DNA of 64,000 nt from Azolla caroliniana. Lineage: Eukaryota; Plantae; Polypodiophyta. The position numbers were made by a program, and so were the translations under genes. The stretch is from contig JBHGNT010000002.1 of NCBI GenBank assembly GCA_043228905.1, positions 12,338,001-12,402,000 of the forward strand, in the 5' to 3' direction. The number at the start of each line of letters is the position of its first letter. The first letter of the stretch is position 1. The notes below the pieces were generated by a model, which saw only the letters and a program-made list of their open reading frames with translations, was not told where the DNA came from and did not search any database. Positions 47,901 to 60,761 of the stretch are shown here, one piece after another.

Positions 47901-50160
47901 ACTACTGGCTTGACCTTCTTAGCTACTGATTTATATATTGTGTTTACTTTGACCAACTCCTCCATGACCCCTCGTCGGCATTCATCGATGGCGGTATACA
48001 TGTTGATGGAGTTTACTTGAATTGTATGTTGCTCATGAGGGATCAAGTTCACGATATTCTCTATTTCTCCGATTGTATCGTTAAATGAGGCTTCCTCCAT
48101 GACCCATGATATGTTGTCTTCTTGTTTTAATATTCCTTGTTCTTTTAGCCAATGTTCAAAGTTTTGAACTTGATGCTTCTCTCTCTCATTGAGTGTAGTC
48201 ATCCCACACGCACCATTAGGTACGAAATATAGTTTTCCTTCTTGCTTCTTTCTTCTTTTCGGGGACTTACTTTTTCTCAGACTATTTTTGCCCCATTCTT
48301 CAATAGTGCATGTTAAAAATCCAAGGCCTCATCTCTAAGTCTATCTCGGTTCCTCTCATGATTAGCTCGAACTGTCAAGAATTGAACTGACTTTTGACCA
48401 TCAAGACTCTTCACCCGAGTGAATGTTGCTCCACTATCGAACACCTTAGTCTCCATCCTTGATGATGTTATGTAGGGTTGCCCAAGAATCACCGAATGGG
48501 AAGCCGAATCTTGCACAAAAAAGTGTTGGTCGATCTCTACATCCCTGATTGTGACTTGAATGCTGGGACATGCTCCATAAAGATCTTCCGTGGCCTTCGT
48601 CGCAGCACGAATCTTCCATCCATGGTTCGTGTTGATAGACCATCTTCCCTTCTTGTAGAAATCCTTCGACATGAGGTTAATCTCTGATCCATGGTCTATA
48701 AGAGTCACAACCGTCTCTTTCTTCTCTCCAATCTCCACTGAAGTTTCCGTTGTCACTCTCGCCCAATGGGGTCGTGTATAATGACTGTCCACTAGATCTT
48801 CTTTCTCTTCCGTTCTTTCCATAGTTATGGCATTGGTTGTCATCTTTGTCAAAATTCCCTCTTCCTCATCCGCTTGTTGTCTTTTTACGTTTGATAAGAT
48901 AGATGATGGTCTCATGGAACTCCTTCTTTGCAATTCCAAGTAGTTCTCTCAATGTAAGGTCAATACGGCTATCAAGCACTCTTTCTTCAAGAAACTTTCT
49001 TAAGTTAGTTGTTTGTTCAATATCCGACCTGAATTTGTATGTTGGCGTCGATCTATCCTTCCCCTTCTTGGCATTCTCTTCAATGGGTTGAGTTGGTTCC
49101 TTGGCTCTCTTGTTTGAGCTTCCATCTTCTTGACGTGTGTGGTCTTGATCATCTCTTCCTTCTTCTTAAAGCTTCTTGTGTCATGTTTCTTAGAAAGGCC
49201 ATCATCTAGATCCGTCCTCTTCCGCTTCTCATCCACAAACACTTCGTGGGTTTCACATATGACCTCTACGGAGATCTTGTTGTTATCAACCGAATCCGCC
49301 CACCCGGTAAGGTCTCGTACATGAAGGTTGGCTAGCTTTGCATCATCTGAATTAATCTTCCCTTTTTTTTCATATTCAAGGACGGTTGGCCAAAACCCCA
49401 TTCCCGGTTTAATAATTCCAAGCTTCTCCTTCCTGATTCTTATACTGGCGGATGCGGCATAGTGTATATAGCTTTGACGTGGCTCACATCGGCCTCATCC
49501 ATGATTTTCTTTAGACCCCCTCTACCGAAATTCACTTGCAAGGGCTTTCGAGTCTCACTTGAGTGTATAATGTTGCCTTCCATGTAGATGAGGTTTTGTC
49601 GAATTGCCTCTTAAAGGCTAGCACAATATTTCCTTGCATGATCAACACTATCACACCATACACATATATATATGGGTCTTTCCCCTTCGGCCCTCTACGA
49701 ATCATATTAGCTAACGAAACCGCTTCGAATTTTCGTGCCAACTCTTCAATGACAGAGTTCTCCATCGCTCTTTTTGTCGGCTCTCTTTGCTTTGTCATCT
49801 CAGTTGCTATTGGAGCCTTCCTTCTTTGAACTACCAGGCCCACCATGTCAGAATCATCTAGCCATTGACGACGTTTGTCAAATCGATCACATGCTCTTCT
49901 TACCGCAACCCAATCCATTATGAGACTATTGGGTTGTGCTTCGTCCTCTAATAGACTACCTAGTTCTCGTCCATCTTTTGCATCCACTGCCTTTAAGAAG
50001 TACAAAACTTTATCTCCTTCGAGAATTGTTTGGTCGGTTCTCAAGAGACGGTTGTACATTTGGTCAAATTCGGTGTACACTCTCGATGTGTTCATGTTCT
50101 TCCCCTTCTTCTCGATCCACTTCATCAACATATGACGAGTCATCCTCGACGTATCTTCAA
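44944..50160 (-). pseudogene. Gypsy A internal region: gag C-part, PR, RT, RH, IN (decayed)
   Basis: TLIDHGSEINLM, YSNRWFTVPKKNG, LPQGATNS/FLDD, TVDTSPTGIG, GHRGIWATF, WFGPYVV. Confidence 0.9.
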
Positions 50161-50162
50161 GC

Positions 50163-53100
50163 ATATGAGTACTCGGCAAGGAAGACCGGTGAGAACCGGA
50201 TGATGTAGGCCCGGTGAGAATCTCTCACCGGATGAAGGGACATATAGGTAAATATGTTTATGAGAGCCCATTGGGGCTATACTTGTAAATAGTCCTAATG
50301 TCATATTAGTATAAATATGATCTAGGGAAAACAATTATATGTGTGTGTATATCATTGTGTTGTCATTTTTTCTGTTGTAGAGAGTTATTAGTGTAACTAT
50401 TGTACAGAGAGAGAGATACAGAGCAAGTCTCTGTTGTAACTGCCGCCAAACAAAGATTGAGAGCAAGAGGTTGTTGCCTTTGTGTTCACCTGTTATATTC
50501 CTCTTGACATAGTAATAGTTGGAGTTTGTGGACTCCCGTGGTTTTTCCCATTTAGGGTTTTCCCTGTAAACATACTGTGTACCCTCTCTCATATTGTCTG
50601 TGTGTAAGTGTATTCACCTCCATTCCCATTCTCGGTGTTCAATTCGAAATGACACGACCTGAGACTCGGTTGTGGCCGAGTAATTTTCCGCATATTTCGC
50701 GTCAATCTAGTATCAAAGCTCAGCGGCTCCAACTACTCAGTGTGGAAATCGAAGATAAGGAACATGCTCATGGTTATAGATCTTTGGTTGCCGGTTTAGT
50801 TCGGGGACAAGAGACCGGATAAAATCGACGCCACGGTGTGGCAAGTAATGCACAATAAGACAATGGCATACATCCGATGTTTCATCGACATGAGCCTGTA
50901 CAACAACTTTAATGAGGAGAGCAAGGCTCATGAGCTCTAGGAGAAGATCGACATTATGTTTGAGAACAAAACTGTTGTTAATCGGGTTTCGGTATTACGG
51001 AAGCTAGTAAGACTTCGGTATCAAGATGGCTCCAGCATGGCGGAGCACATGAATGCCTTCCAAGGGCTGATTCACCAGGCAACATCGTTGGAAGTACCTC
51101 TTGCCGATGAGGTACTAGCACTACTCCTGCTCGGTTCCCTCTCGCATAGCTGGGAGACGTTGGTTGTCACTTTGGGCAATGCCGGGCCGGAAGGAAAACA
51201 ATTATCCCTAGCAAGAGTCAAGTCGGGCTTGCTAGATGAGGAGGCGTGTCGGAAAGACAAGGATACGATCTCCGATTCCAAAGCGCTCCTTACCGAATCG
51301 GAATGCGGAAGACAAAGGAATCAGAGTCCCCAGAACCGGGAAAAGTTAGGGACACGACAAAGTCAAGGGGGAGGCCCACTTGCTTCTATTGCGACAAGCC
51401 GGGGCACTTCCAGAAGAATTGTCTGCATTTCTGGAAAGACAAGGAAACCGATAGTATCGATTCGAAGCGGTCACTGGACCGGAACGACAAAGACCGGAGA
51501 GGACCAGACCGGAAGGGAATGACGGCAATCGCGGCAAGTGAAGAAGAGTTTATGCTCATCACTGAGGAGAGTGAGTTGAACCTTGCTGGCGAAGAGACAA
51601 CGTGGGTTGTCGATTTCGGAGCGTCGTTCCACCTTACCCCGGACCGGAAATGCTTCTCATCCTACACCGCCAATGAGCACGGTTATGTCCGGATGGAGAA
51701 TGAAGGGACATGCCGAATTATTGGCATAGGAGATGTGTTGTTGATGACATCAACTAGATGCAAGTTACTGTTGAAGGATGTCTGACACGTTCCGGAGGTT
51801 CGACTGAACCTAATATCAGCCGATCGGCTAGACGAGGAAGGCTACACAGGTAGCATCTGGAACGGAGTCATAAAGTTCAGTAAAGGGAGCCTGATAGTGG
51901 CTCATGCCCGGAAAGTCAACACACTGTACCTAATGAATACCCGGTTATGCTGGGAAGAAGTGAACGTGGTATCCGACACTGCTGGTGAGTTGTGGCACAA
52001 GAGACTATGTCACATGAGCGAGAAGGGGATGAGGAGGCTTACCGATGACAACCTTATTCCGGTGAAGGATGTGCATCTTGAAAGGTGCACCGACTGCCTG
52101 CCCAGTAAGCAAAACCAAGCCTCCTTCTGATCAAGGCCACCAATGAGATGTAATGCACCACTAGAGCTGGTGCATACCGATGTGTGTCAAGTGGACACGA
52201 AGTCACATGCGGGATCGCAGTACTTCATGATGTTCATAGACGACCACAGTCGGAAGCTGTGGGCTACACTGTTGAAGACGAAGGATCAGGTGCTATCCGC
52301 CTTCAAGGAGCTCCACACAAAAGTGGAAAGAGAAACCGGCCGGAAGTTGAAGGCAGTTCGAGCAGATAACGGAGGGGAATACCGGTGGCAATTTGAGGAG
52401 TATTGCTGCTCGAAAGGAATCCAGCTCAAATTTACCATGGCGAAGACGTCGGAACTAAATAGGTTGGCCGAGAGGATGAACCAGATCATAATGGAGAGGG
52501 TCCGGAGTCAGTTGGCACATGCAAAATTACCCAAGTCGTTTTGGGCTAAGGTGTTGTCGAAAGCAACATATGTGATAAACAAGTCACCCTCAGTACCCTT
52601 GGATGGAGACACGCCGCAGAGAGTGTGGACCGGTAAGGTAGTGTCCTACCGGCATCTGAAGATGTTCGGGTGTCTTGCATACGTGCATGTTGCAAAGGAC
52701 CGCAGAGTAAAGTTGGATCCAAAGTCCCGGTCTTGCATATTCCTCGGATACGGCGATGATGAGTTCGGCTACCAAGTGTGGGATCCGGTCGACAAGAAGG
52801 TTTTCTGGAGTCGAGATATTATCTTCATGGAGGACAAGACCCTTGCTGACTGGGAGTCGGAAAAGAAGATAATGAACTCTGAGTTGATTGGTAAGGATCG
52901 GTTCGATGTGATACAAACCTACCTGGCTAAGAGCCGGTTGACACTCGGTGAACCGGCCGGTCGTGGTGAGGAGAGCGAACCGGCTGAAGAAGAAGCAAAA
53001 GCGGAAACCGGAACTGGCCAAGATCCGGAATCAAATTTGGATGAAGAACAAACACAGGAGCCGGTTGCCGGAAACCAAGGATGCAGATATCCTCTCAGAG

Positions 53101-55078
53101 AGAGAAAGGCCCCCCGGAGCTTTCCGAATCTAGAGCATGTATTGCTAACTGATGAGGGGGAGCCGGAAAGCTTCAAAGAAGCTACGAGAGACACCCACAA
53201 CCATAAGTGGTTGAGTGCCATGCAGGATGAGATGGATTTCCTGCATGAGAACCACACCTATGAATTGGTGGAGTTGCCGAAAGGAAAGCAGGCACTCCGG
53301 AATAAGTGGGTGTACAAGTTGAAACCAGGATATGTCGGCAACCCCCCAAGGTACAAAGCCAGGATCGTGGTGAAGGGGTTCCAACAGAAGAAGGGAGTGG
53401 ACTTCGACGAGATATTTACCCCGGTAGTAAAGATGATTTCCATCAAGGTCGAGCAATTAGACGTGAAGACGACGTTCCTCCATGGCGACCTCGAAGAGGA
53501 GATCTATATGCAGCAACCAGAGGGATTTGTGAAGAAAGGGAAGGAGCACATGGTTTGCTGGTTGAAGAAGAGCCTCTACGGTTTGAAGTAGGCTCCCCGA
53601 CAATGGTACCAGAAGTTCGACTCCTTCATGACCGATCAAGGGTACCACAAGACGCATGCCGATCACTACGTATTTGTGAAGAAGTTCGAAGGTTCGACTC
53701 CTCCTGTACGTGGACGACATGCTGATCATCGGACGAGACCAAGTCAAGATACGGATGCTGAAGAAGGCTCTGAACCGGACCTTCTCAATGAAAGACTTAG
53801 GTCCGGCAAGACAGATACTAGGGATGCATATCATCCGGGAACGGTCGAAGAAGCAATTGTGGCTGTCAAAGGAAAAGTATGTGACAAAGGAGCTTTAGCG
53901 GTTTAACATGTTAGAAGCAAAACTGGTCGGATCGACACTCCCGACAAACTGTAGGTTATCCGATAAGCAAAACCCGAAGACGAAGGCAGAGAAGGCGGAT
54001 ATGATGAAGATACCATATGCCTCTGCCGTTGGGAGCTTAATGTACACAATGGTGTGTACCCGACCGGATATCGAATACGCAGTCGGAGTGGTGAGCCGGT
54101 TCATGAGCAATCCCGGCAAGGAGCACTGGAATGCGGTCAAATGGATACTCCGGTATCTGAAGGGTACTTCGAGTATGTGCCTCCGATTCGGCTCAAGTAA
54201 ACGCCAACTCGACGGATTCACGGATTCGGACATGTCGGCTGATGTGGACACCAGCCGATCAACTTCCGAATATGTCATGTACTATGCAGGGGGAGCCATT
54301 TCGTGGAAGTCGAGGCTGCAAAAGATGGTTGCGTTGTCAACCACAGAGGCAGAGTACATGACAGCCGTGGAAGCCGGCAAGGAAATATTATGGATGAAGG
54401 ACTTCATCGGAGAGCTAGGGATCCGATAAGAGGAATACTGGCTCTAATGCGACAATCAAAGTGCCATCCACCTTGCAAAGAACACGACATACCATTCCAG
54501 AACGAAGCACATCCAGCGTAGGTACCACTGGATCAGGGAGCAAGTAGAAGATCAAGAGTTCGTGTTGACGAAGATCCACACAGAGGAGAACGGGTTGGAT
54601 ATGTTGACCAAGGTGTTGACACCCGACAAGCTGGACACATGCTGGAAGCGGATCGGATTGACGAGGCATCCCATGCTGGAGTGAAGGGGGATTTTGTTAG
54701 GATTTCGGTCCCTCAGGATGGGATATAAGTACCCGGCAAGGAAGACTGGTGAGAACCGGATGATGCATGCCCGGTGAAGAACCTCTCACCGGATGAAGGG
54801 ACATATAGGTAAATATGTTTCTGAGAGCCCGTTGGGGCTATACTTGTAAATAGTCCTAATGTCATATTAGTATAAATATGATATAGTGATAGTTGGAGTT
54901 TGTGGACTCCAATGGTTTTTCCCATTTAGGGTTTTCCACGTAAACATAATGTGTAACCTCTCTCATATTTTCTGTGTGTACGTGTATTCACCTCTATTCC
55001 TGTTCTCGGTGTTCGATTCGAAACAACACGATCTGAGACTCGGTTGTGGCCGAGTAATATTCCGCATATTACGCGTCA
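50163..55078 (+). mobile_element. Decayed Copia D, relative of C; LTRs ~50163-50704 (5'-truncated) and 54695-55078 (internal deletion)
   Basis: LTR pair, degenerate PBS tagtatcaaagc 50708-50719, PPT before 54695, pol highly similar to C. Confidence 0.93.
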
Positions 55079-58000
55079 CCTCGTACTCAGGTCCATCTTC
55101 AAGTTCAATCGGGGGTGGAGGTTGTGGAATACGTCTTGTGATGGTGTTGTCTTGATAGGGTCGAGGAGAGAACTATGAAACACTGGATGTATGCGAAGTT
55201 GCGGGGGTAGATCAAGACGAAAAGTGACATCATTAATCTTTCCGATAATATGGAAAGGACCTAATTGCCGATAATCCAACTTCTCGCATGGGTGAGTAGT
55301 CCTGAGGTGTCGTCGCAGTAGCCATACCCGATCTCCAATGTTAAAACTAGATGGAAGTCGATGATGATCTGCGTAAACCTTGTGTGTTTGTTGAGCTTGC
55401 TGAGGATGAGAAGATAAATTTGCTTGTATCTTGCGTAACCGCTCCAAACAATCCTCTATGCAAGGATTTGTGGGTAACTCTAGGGGTGACAACCTGTATA
55501 AGCATAAAATGGCATAACTTTAGTCGATGAGTGGACAAAGTTATTACAAGCAAATTCGGTGAAGTGGAGAATATCTACCCAGTCATCTTGATGATAGCTT
55601 AGAAAGCACCGAAGATACTGCTCCAGCGTTTCATTTGTTCGTTTTGCTTGGTCGTCGGTTTGCGGGTGGTAGCCAAAGGAGAGGTTACAAGTCGCCTTGA
55701 GCATTTAAAAAAGGTGCTTCCAGAATTTTGAGATGAACTGGGGTCCACGGTCGCTGATGATATTATCAGGAAGGCCATGATGCCGACATACTTCACGCAT
55801 GACAATTTCGGCGGTTTCTTCATTGGAGATTTCCTTAGTACATGGCAGGAAATGAGCCATCTTCATATATCGATCTACTATTGTTAAAATTGCATTGAAT
55901 CCCAAGGAGACTAGAAGATCTGTGATGAAATATAGAGCAATGGATTGCCGCGGCTTGCTTGGAATTGTACTAATAAACCATATGGATGATGCCTTCTCTA
56001 TAACATGTATCACAAGTCCGAACAAGATCTTCGACAAATTGTCGCATACAGGGCCACCAGAATGATCATTGTACTAAATCTAATGTCTTAGTACTACCAA
56101 AATGCCCAGCTGTATATGTTTCATGATAGTTTTGGACTACTCGAAGGTGGCAAGAACCATTAGGAACATACAAGAGTTTCTTAAAGAATAGTAATCTATC
56201 ATGACATTCGAATTGTCGATAGTCTCTACCTGGTTGTTGCGACTGTGAACAAGATGCTCGAGAGGGATCAATTTGTGCTAGAATGGCTTGGGCGAAAGCA
56301 TTTGTCTTCAAGTCCTCACATATGGTATCAATAACGTGGGAATCCAAGCGCATGCCGAAGACCTGTGTTGCTTGCAGTCGTACCAGTCCCAAGATTACTT
56401 GCTTTTGGTTATCGAAAGCTGGCTTGCCGGGATGCGGTGCTACATAGGAAACCCCCGTGATAATGCATCTGCCTTTCCTTGGCGCATCCCCAGACGATAT
56501 ATAATTTTGAAGTCGAAACGCGTGAGGAATTGGGCCCACCGAGCTTGACGTCGATTTAACACACTAGCACTCTGAAAGTAGGCAAGGTTTTTGTGATCAC
56601 TGAATACGGTGACTTGATGAGAGGATCCCTCTAGAAAATGCCTCCATTGCGTAAAAGAGTCCACTATTGCTAATAGCTCCTTATCATGAATTTCATAGTT
56701 GATTTCGGCGGCGTCAAACTTGCGTGACTGGAAAGCCACAGGATGTAGCTTTTCATGATTACCTTGTTGTGACAGAGTGCTACCCAATGTGAAATCCAAT
56801 GTGTCTGCTTCCATGATGAATGGTTTTTCTGGATCAATGTGAGCTAGAATAAGATCCGATGTAAATTCCTTCTTAAGATTCTCAAAAGCCATGTCCGCTT
56901 CTTTAGACCAAACGAACGATTGTCCCTTCTTAGTAAGTTTTATGAGAGGCAGAACAAGCTTTGAGTAATCCTGTATAAACTTGCGGTAGAAATTGGCAAA
57001 GCCTAAAAAACATTGCACATCTCACAACGAACACGAAGTTTTCGACTCTACCACCGTTTTGACCTTAGTTGGATCCATGGAGATGCCTTCCGAGGAGATG
57101 ACATAGCCCATAAATTCCACCTGGTTGCACCCGAAACTACATTTTTCCAGCTTTGCATAAAGATCATGTTCTCGAAGTCATTTTAGTACTAATAGTAGAT
57201 GAGAATCATGCTCTTCTTGGGTCTTCGAATAAACCAGTAGATCATCCAAATAGATGATCAAACAAACATTCAAGTGATCTCGGAATATATCATTTGCCAT
57301 GTGCTGGAAGACTGTTAGCGCATTAGTGAGGCCAAACGGCATGACTGTATACTTGACGTGCCCATATCTGGTGCGAAACGCGGTCTTCCATTCATCTCCT
57401 GGTCGGATCCGTATGAGGTTATATGCCCCTAAGTCGATCTTCGTGAAGAACCTTGCACCATTGATCCGTTCTAAAAGACTTGAGATAAGGGGAAGTGCAT
57501 ACCTATTTCTAATGGTGACCTTATTCAAGCCACGATAATCTACAACAAGACAAAGTGATCCATCCTTTTTCTTGAAGAAGAAAATGGGTGAGCTGGCTGG
57601 AGATTTCGAATGCCGAATGAAACCATTTTCCAAATTCTCCTCTATATATGCTCGAAGGACTTCTAGCTCGGTTGGTGACAAATTGTAGATTGGTCCCCAT
57701 GGTGGCTCTTTTCCTGGTTGTAAATCGATGGGGCAATCTTACGGTCGATGGTGAGGAAGCGTATTGGCTTGTCCTTTATCGAACACGTTGGCATAATGAT
57801 GATACTTCTTTAGAAGTTGAAAGGTGGACTCCTCTTTAGTGGTGTCGGAGGGTTTTACTTATATTGCGAGGAGAAACATTTATTCCTTTCTTCCTTCTTC
57901 CTGCAATTGATGTAGCGAAACGGTTGCAATCTTATGAGTAGATCCTCGGGACGACCATCAATGACTACTACAGAGGCTGGACACAATAGTTTTCTGAGAG

Positions 58001-59876
58001 ATATCTGATGAGCTTGGGCAAAATTCCTATCCATGAAGCAAGATTTAGCTTTGGAATCTAGTAGTGCTAAGACATGTACTGGAGGGGTACTTTTGGTACT
58101 AACTATTACTTAAGCTATGAACACATTGCTAACTTGTTTAAAGGGAATGGAACCACTAATGGGCTGCACAGATCTAGGGCTGTCCAACCAAACAACTCCT
58201 ATTTTTGCTGGACTTAGTTGTTTAACTCTTCTTCTAACTGACTAAGGACATCAAATTTGTTCGCTAGATTTGGGCTATTAGTACTATTAGGTATTCCTAT
58301 TGAAATTGACTCGGGTTTAGTACAATTAGAACTAGCAACTATTTGGTTTACTTGTCTTCTCGGCCTATGGGGACAATTTACTGCAATATACCCTGGTCCA
58401 CCGCAATAAAGACATGGTCGATTTGCTCGACGTCGCTGCTTTTCTTCTTCCGATAATGGTCCGTGACGATGTGTAGTGTCACTGGAGACACATTATATGA
58501 CTCCCTCGGAAAAGGTTTCGCTACCAGTAAGGCATAGCTGGGCTCTGATCTTGCCCTCGACATCTGGAATTGCCGTTACGAACATCGTTCGAAAAGGCGG
58601 TTATCGCATTTCACCGCATGACTGATTGCGTCTGTTAATGACTTTGGTTCTTCGGGGAAGGTCAAGAGTAAATCCTTGACATTGTTGCATAAACCATAAT
58701 GAAATCGCTCCATCAATGCTTGATCATCCGAAGGGATATCAGCAGCGAGTAAGAGGAAATCTGCGCCGTAATCGGAGGCTGGACGATCACCTTGTGTAAT
58801 CATCGGATTTTGTTGATTGTGGTCCTTATGATATCAGTATCTCCAAAAGAGGCTTTAAACTCACTTATAAATTCTTCAAAATTGTTTAGTAATGGAGATT
58901 CCTTTTCTACCAATGGAGAGAACCATGCCAATGCGGAGCCACTAAGTAGAGTGCCTACTAGTCCCACTCATGATGCATCGGTGGGATATCTAGAAGGATG
59001 CATTTGAATCACTACACGTACCTGATTTAGAAAACTTCTAAACTGTGATCGGGTCCCATCAAATTTTGCAGGAAGACCGATCTAGGGTTCTCTGTGAATC
59101 CTTTGAGTGCTTGATCCTTGTTGTTGTAGTGATACAATAGTCGCTTCAAGTTGTTGTACACATAACGTCACCTCCTCGTGTTGTTGTTTTTCTAGCACTA
59201 TTTGTTGAAGATCCCCCAGCAAACGGTGATTTTCCTATTCTAGTGCTACAAATTTCTCTTTAAAGCACTGGAGCTCCGAGAAAACAGATTGGTATTCCTG
59301 AGCGCTAACAATTTCCATTTTACTAGGGAGGATAAGAGGATTAGTATGAAGGGAAAAAAGGGGTAAGAAGATGAGGGAAACCGAAAAGAAGACTAGAACA
59401 AAGGGGATATGTAAGAAGATAAAAGGAAGAGGAGGAAAGGAGGAGACGGAAGGAGGGAAATCGGTTCAAACTGTCAGGAATAGTACTGAGACAGAGAAGA
59501 AATTAGTACTAAGAGGAATAGAGGATGTAGAACACTCGAGGAAGGAGAGAGAGAGTGAATGAGTGAGTGAGAGATCGAGGGAGAGAAAATGATGATGACA
59601 ACGATATATTATGTGAGAAGAATATACAAGGAAGGCTAGGAGGCTTAAGACTGGCGTTGAACCGATTTGGTTCGAAATAATGCCTTGTGCCTCCTTTTAT
59701 AATGTTCTCAAGAGTAGTCATGAAGCTTCTAGAATGTTCTAGAGAAATCTGGAATATACGTTTAGTAAAACTTAAATAAAAATAATATCTTACTTATTAT
59801 AATAGATAGTGTAATGGTTAAGAGCTCAACCCATATAACATAAGGTCATGGGTTCAAGTCTTGCCATATCATGACA
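55079..59876 (-). mobile_element. Chromovirus E (Tcn1-like), 5' LTR 59472-59876; 3' end lost, cut at the chromodomain start by Copia D
   Basis: Same family as 3838-9181; PIELEDGPEYE at the junction; self-priming PBS 59458-59469. Confidence 0.92.
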
Positions 59877-60091
59877 CTAGCGAGAAAATCCGTAATGTTT
59901 CTTCCACCAAATTCGCCCGCTATCTCAACAATTCGGCAGATGACCTTGTCTAAGCTTGCATCATTATCTCGAGCTCTCATCATATGCTCGACAATAGCCA
60001 CCAACTTTGTCAGTTCATCTTCTTGGGTGTTTGACGAAAAGCCATCTTCTAATCTTCTATTTCAAGCACTTGATCCTTCCTACCGCCTCTT

Positions 60092-60107
60092 CGCGTTGGG
60101 TTCACCA
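60092..60107 (-). promoter_or_regulatory. PBS of Gypsy A, tRNA-Trp type (TGGTGAACCCAACGCG), 8 nt from the LTR end
   Basis: Matches the complement of the plant tRNA-Trp 3' end (TGGTGAACCCGACGTG, recalled from memory) at 14/16. Confidence 0.7.
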
Positions 60108-60761
60108 CTTACGTATGTCGTGAAAATCCATCACTATGTGTGGATCGTGAGGCGGAACCGTTGGGGTTATGGACGGGAAGGAAATAGGGCTCACAACCAC
60201 AACACAAGGAAGGCTTACACAAACAAGGCACAAGTGTTCGAACGTGTTTGTGAAAAGGAGAGGTGCATGGGCAAGCCCGAAGAAACCCCTTGTCGCAAGG
60301 TGAACAAATGCACGTGAGGAAGGCTTACACACGGACACACATGGAAAAGGCTTACTTACACACATGAGAGTTAGAGTTTCGAATGCCTTTTTCCCCTAAA
60401 AAAGCTTGTCTATATGAGTCGACTTTTCTTTTTCTCACTATTTCTGTTTTCTAGCCTCCAATTTCACATTCAAGATAATCTTGGAAAGCTCTTTGGGTTA
60501 GCTTTCTTATGCATCTTTTCTTTTCTAATTTGGACATCTAACGAGGAAATTATGAGCTTTTTTCTCTAGTGTCCTCTTCATATCCACGCGTGCTTCTTCT
60601 TCTTTTCTCCCCATCTTTTTCTCTACTTTTGAGAACCTCTTCTAACTTTTTATCCTTTCATTTATTACTATAGTTGACTTAACAACATTAGTTTATTTGG
60701 ACTACTATTTTTATTCTCTTTTAATGGTGGTTTCACACTCCGTGTCAAAAACATCACGACA

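Larger units (their letters stand above)
28015..60761 (-). mobile_element. Gypsy A (non-chromovirus): 3' LTR 28015-28386 plus 43656-44943, 5' LTR 60116-60761, TSD ACAC; hosts B, C, D and E
   Basis: TGTCGTG...CACGACA termini, ACAC on both flanks, PPT 44944-44955, gag/PR/RT/RH/IN fragments at 45000-50160 and the gag N-terminus at 59877-60050 (FGGRNITDFL). Confidence 0.9.
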
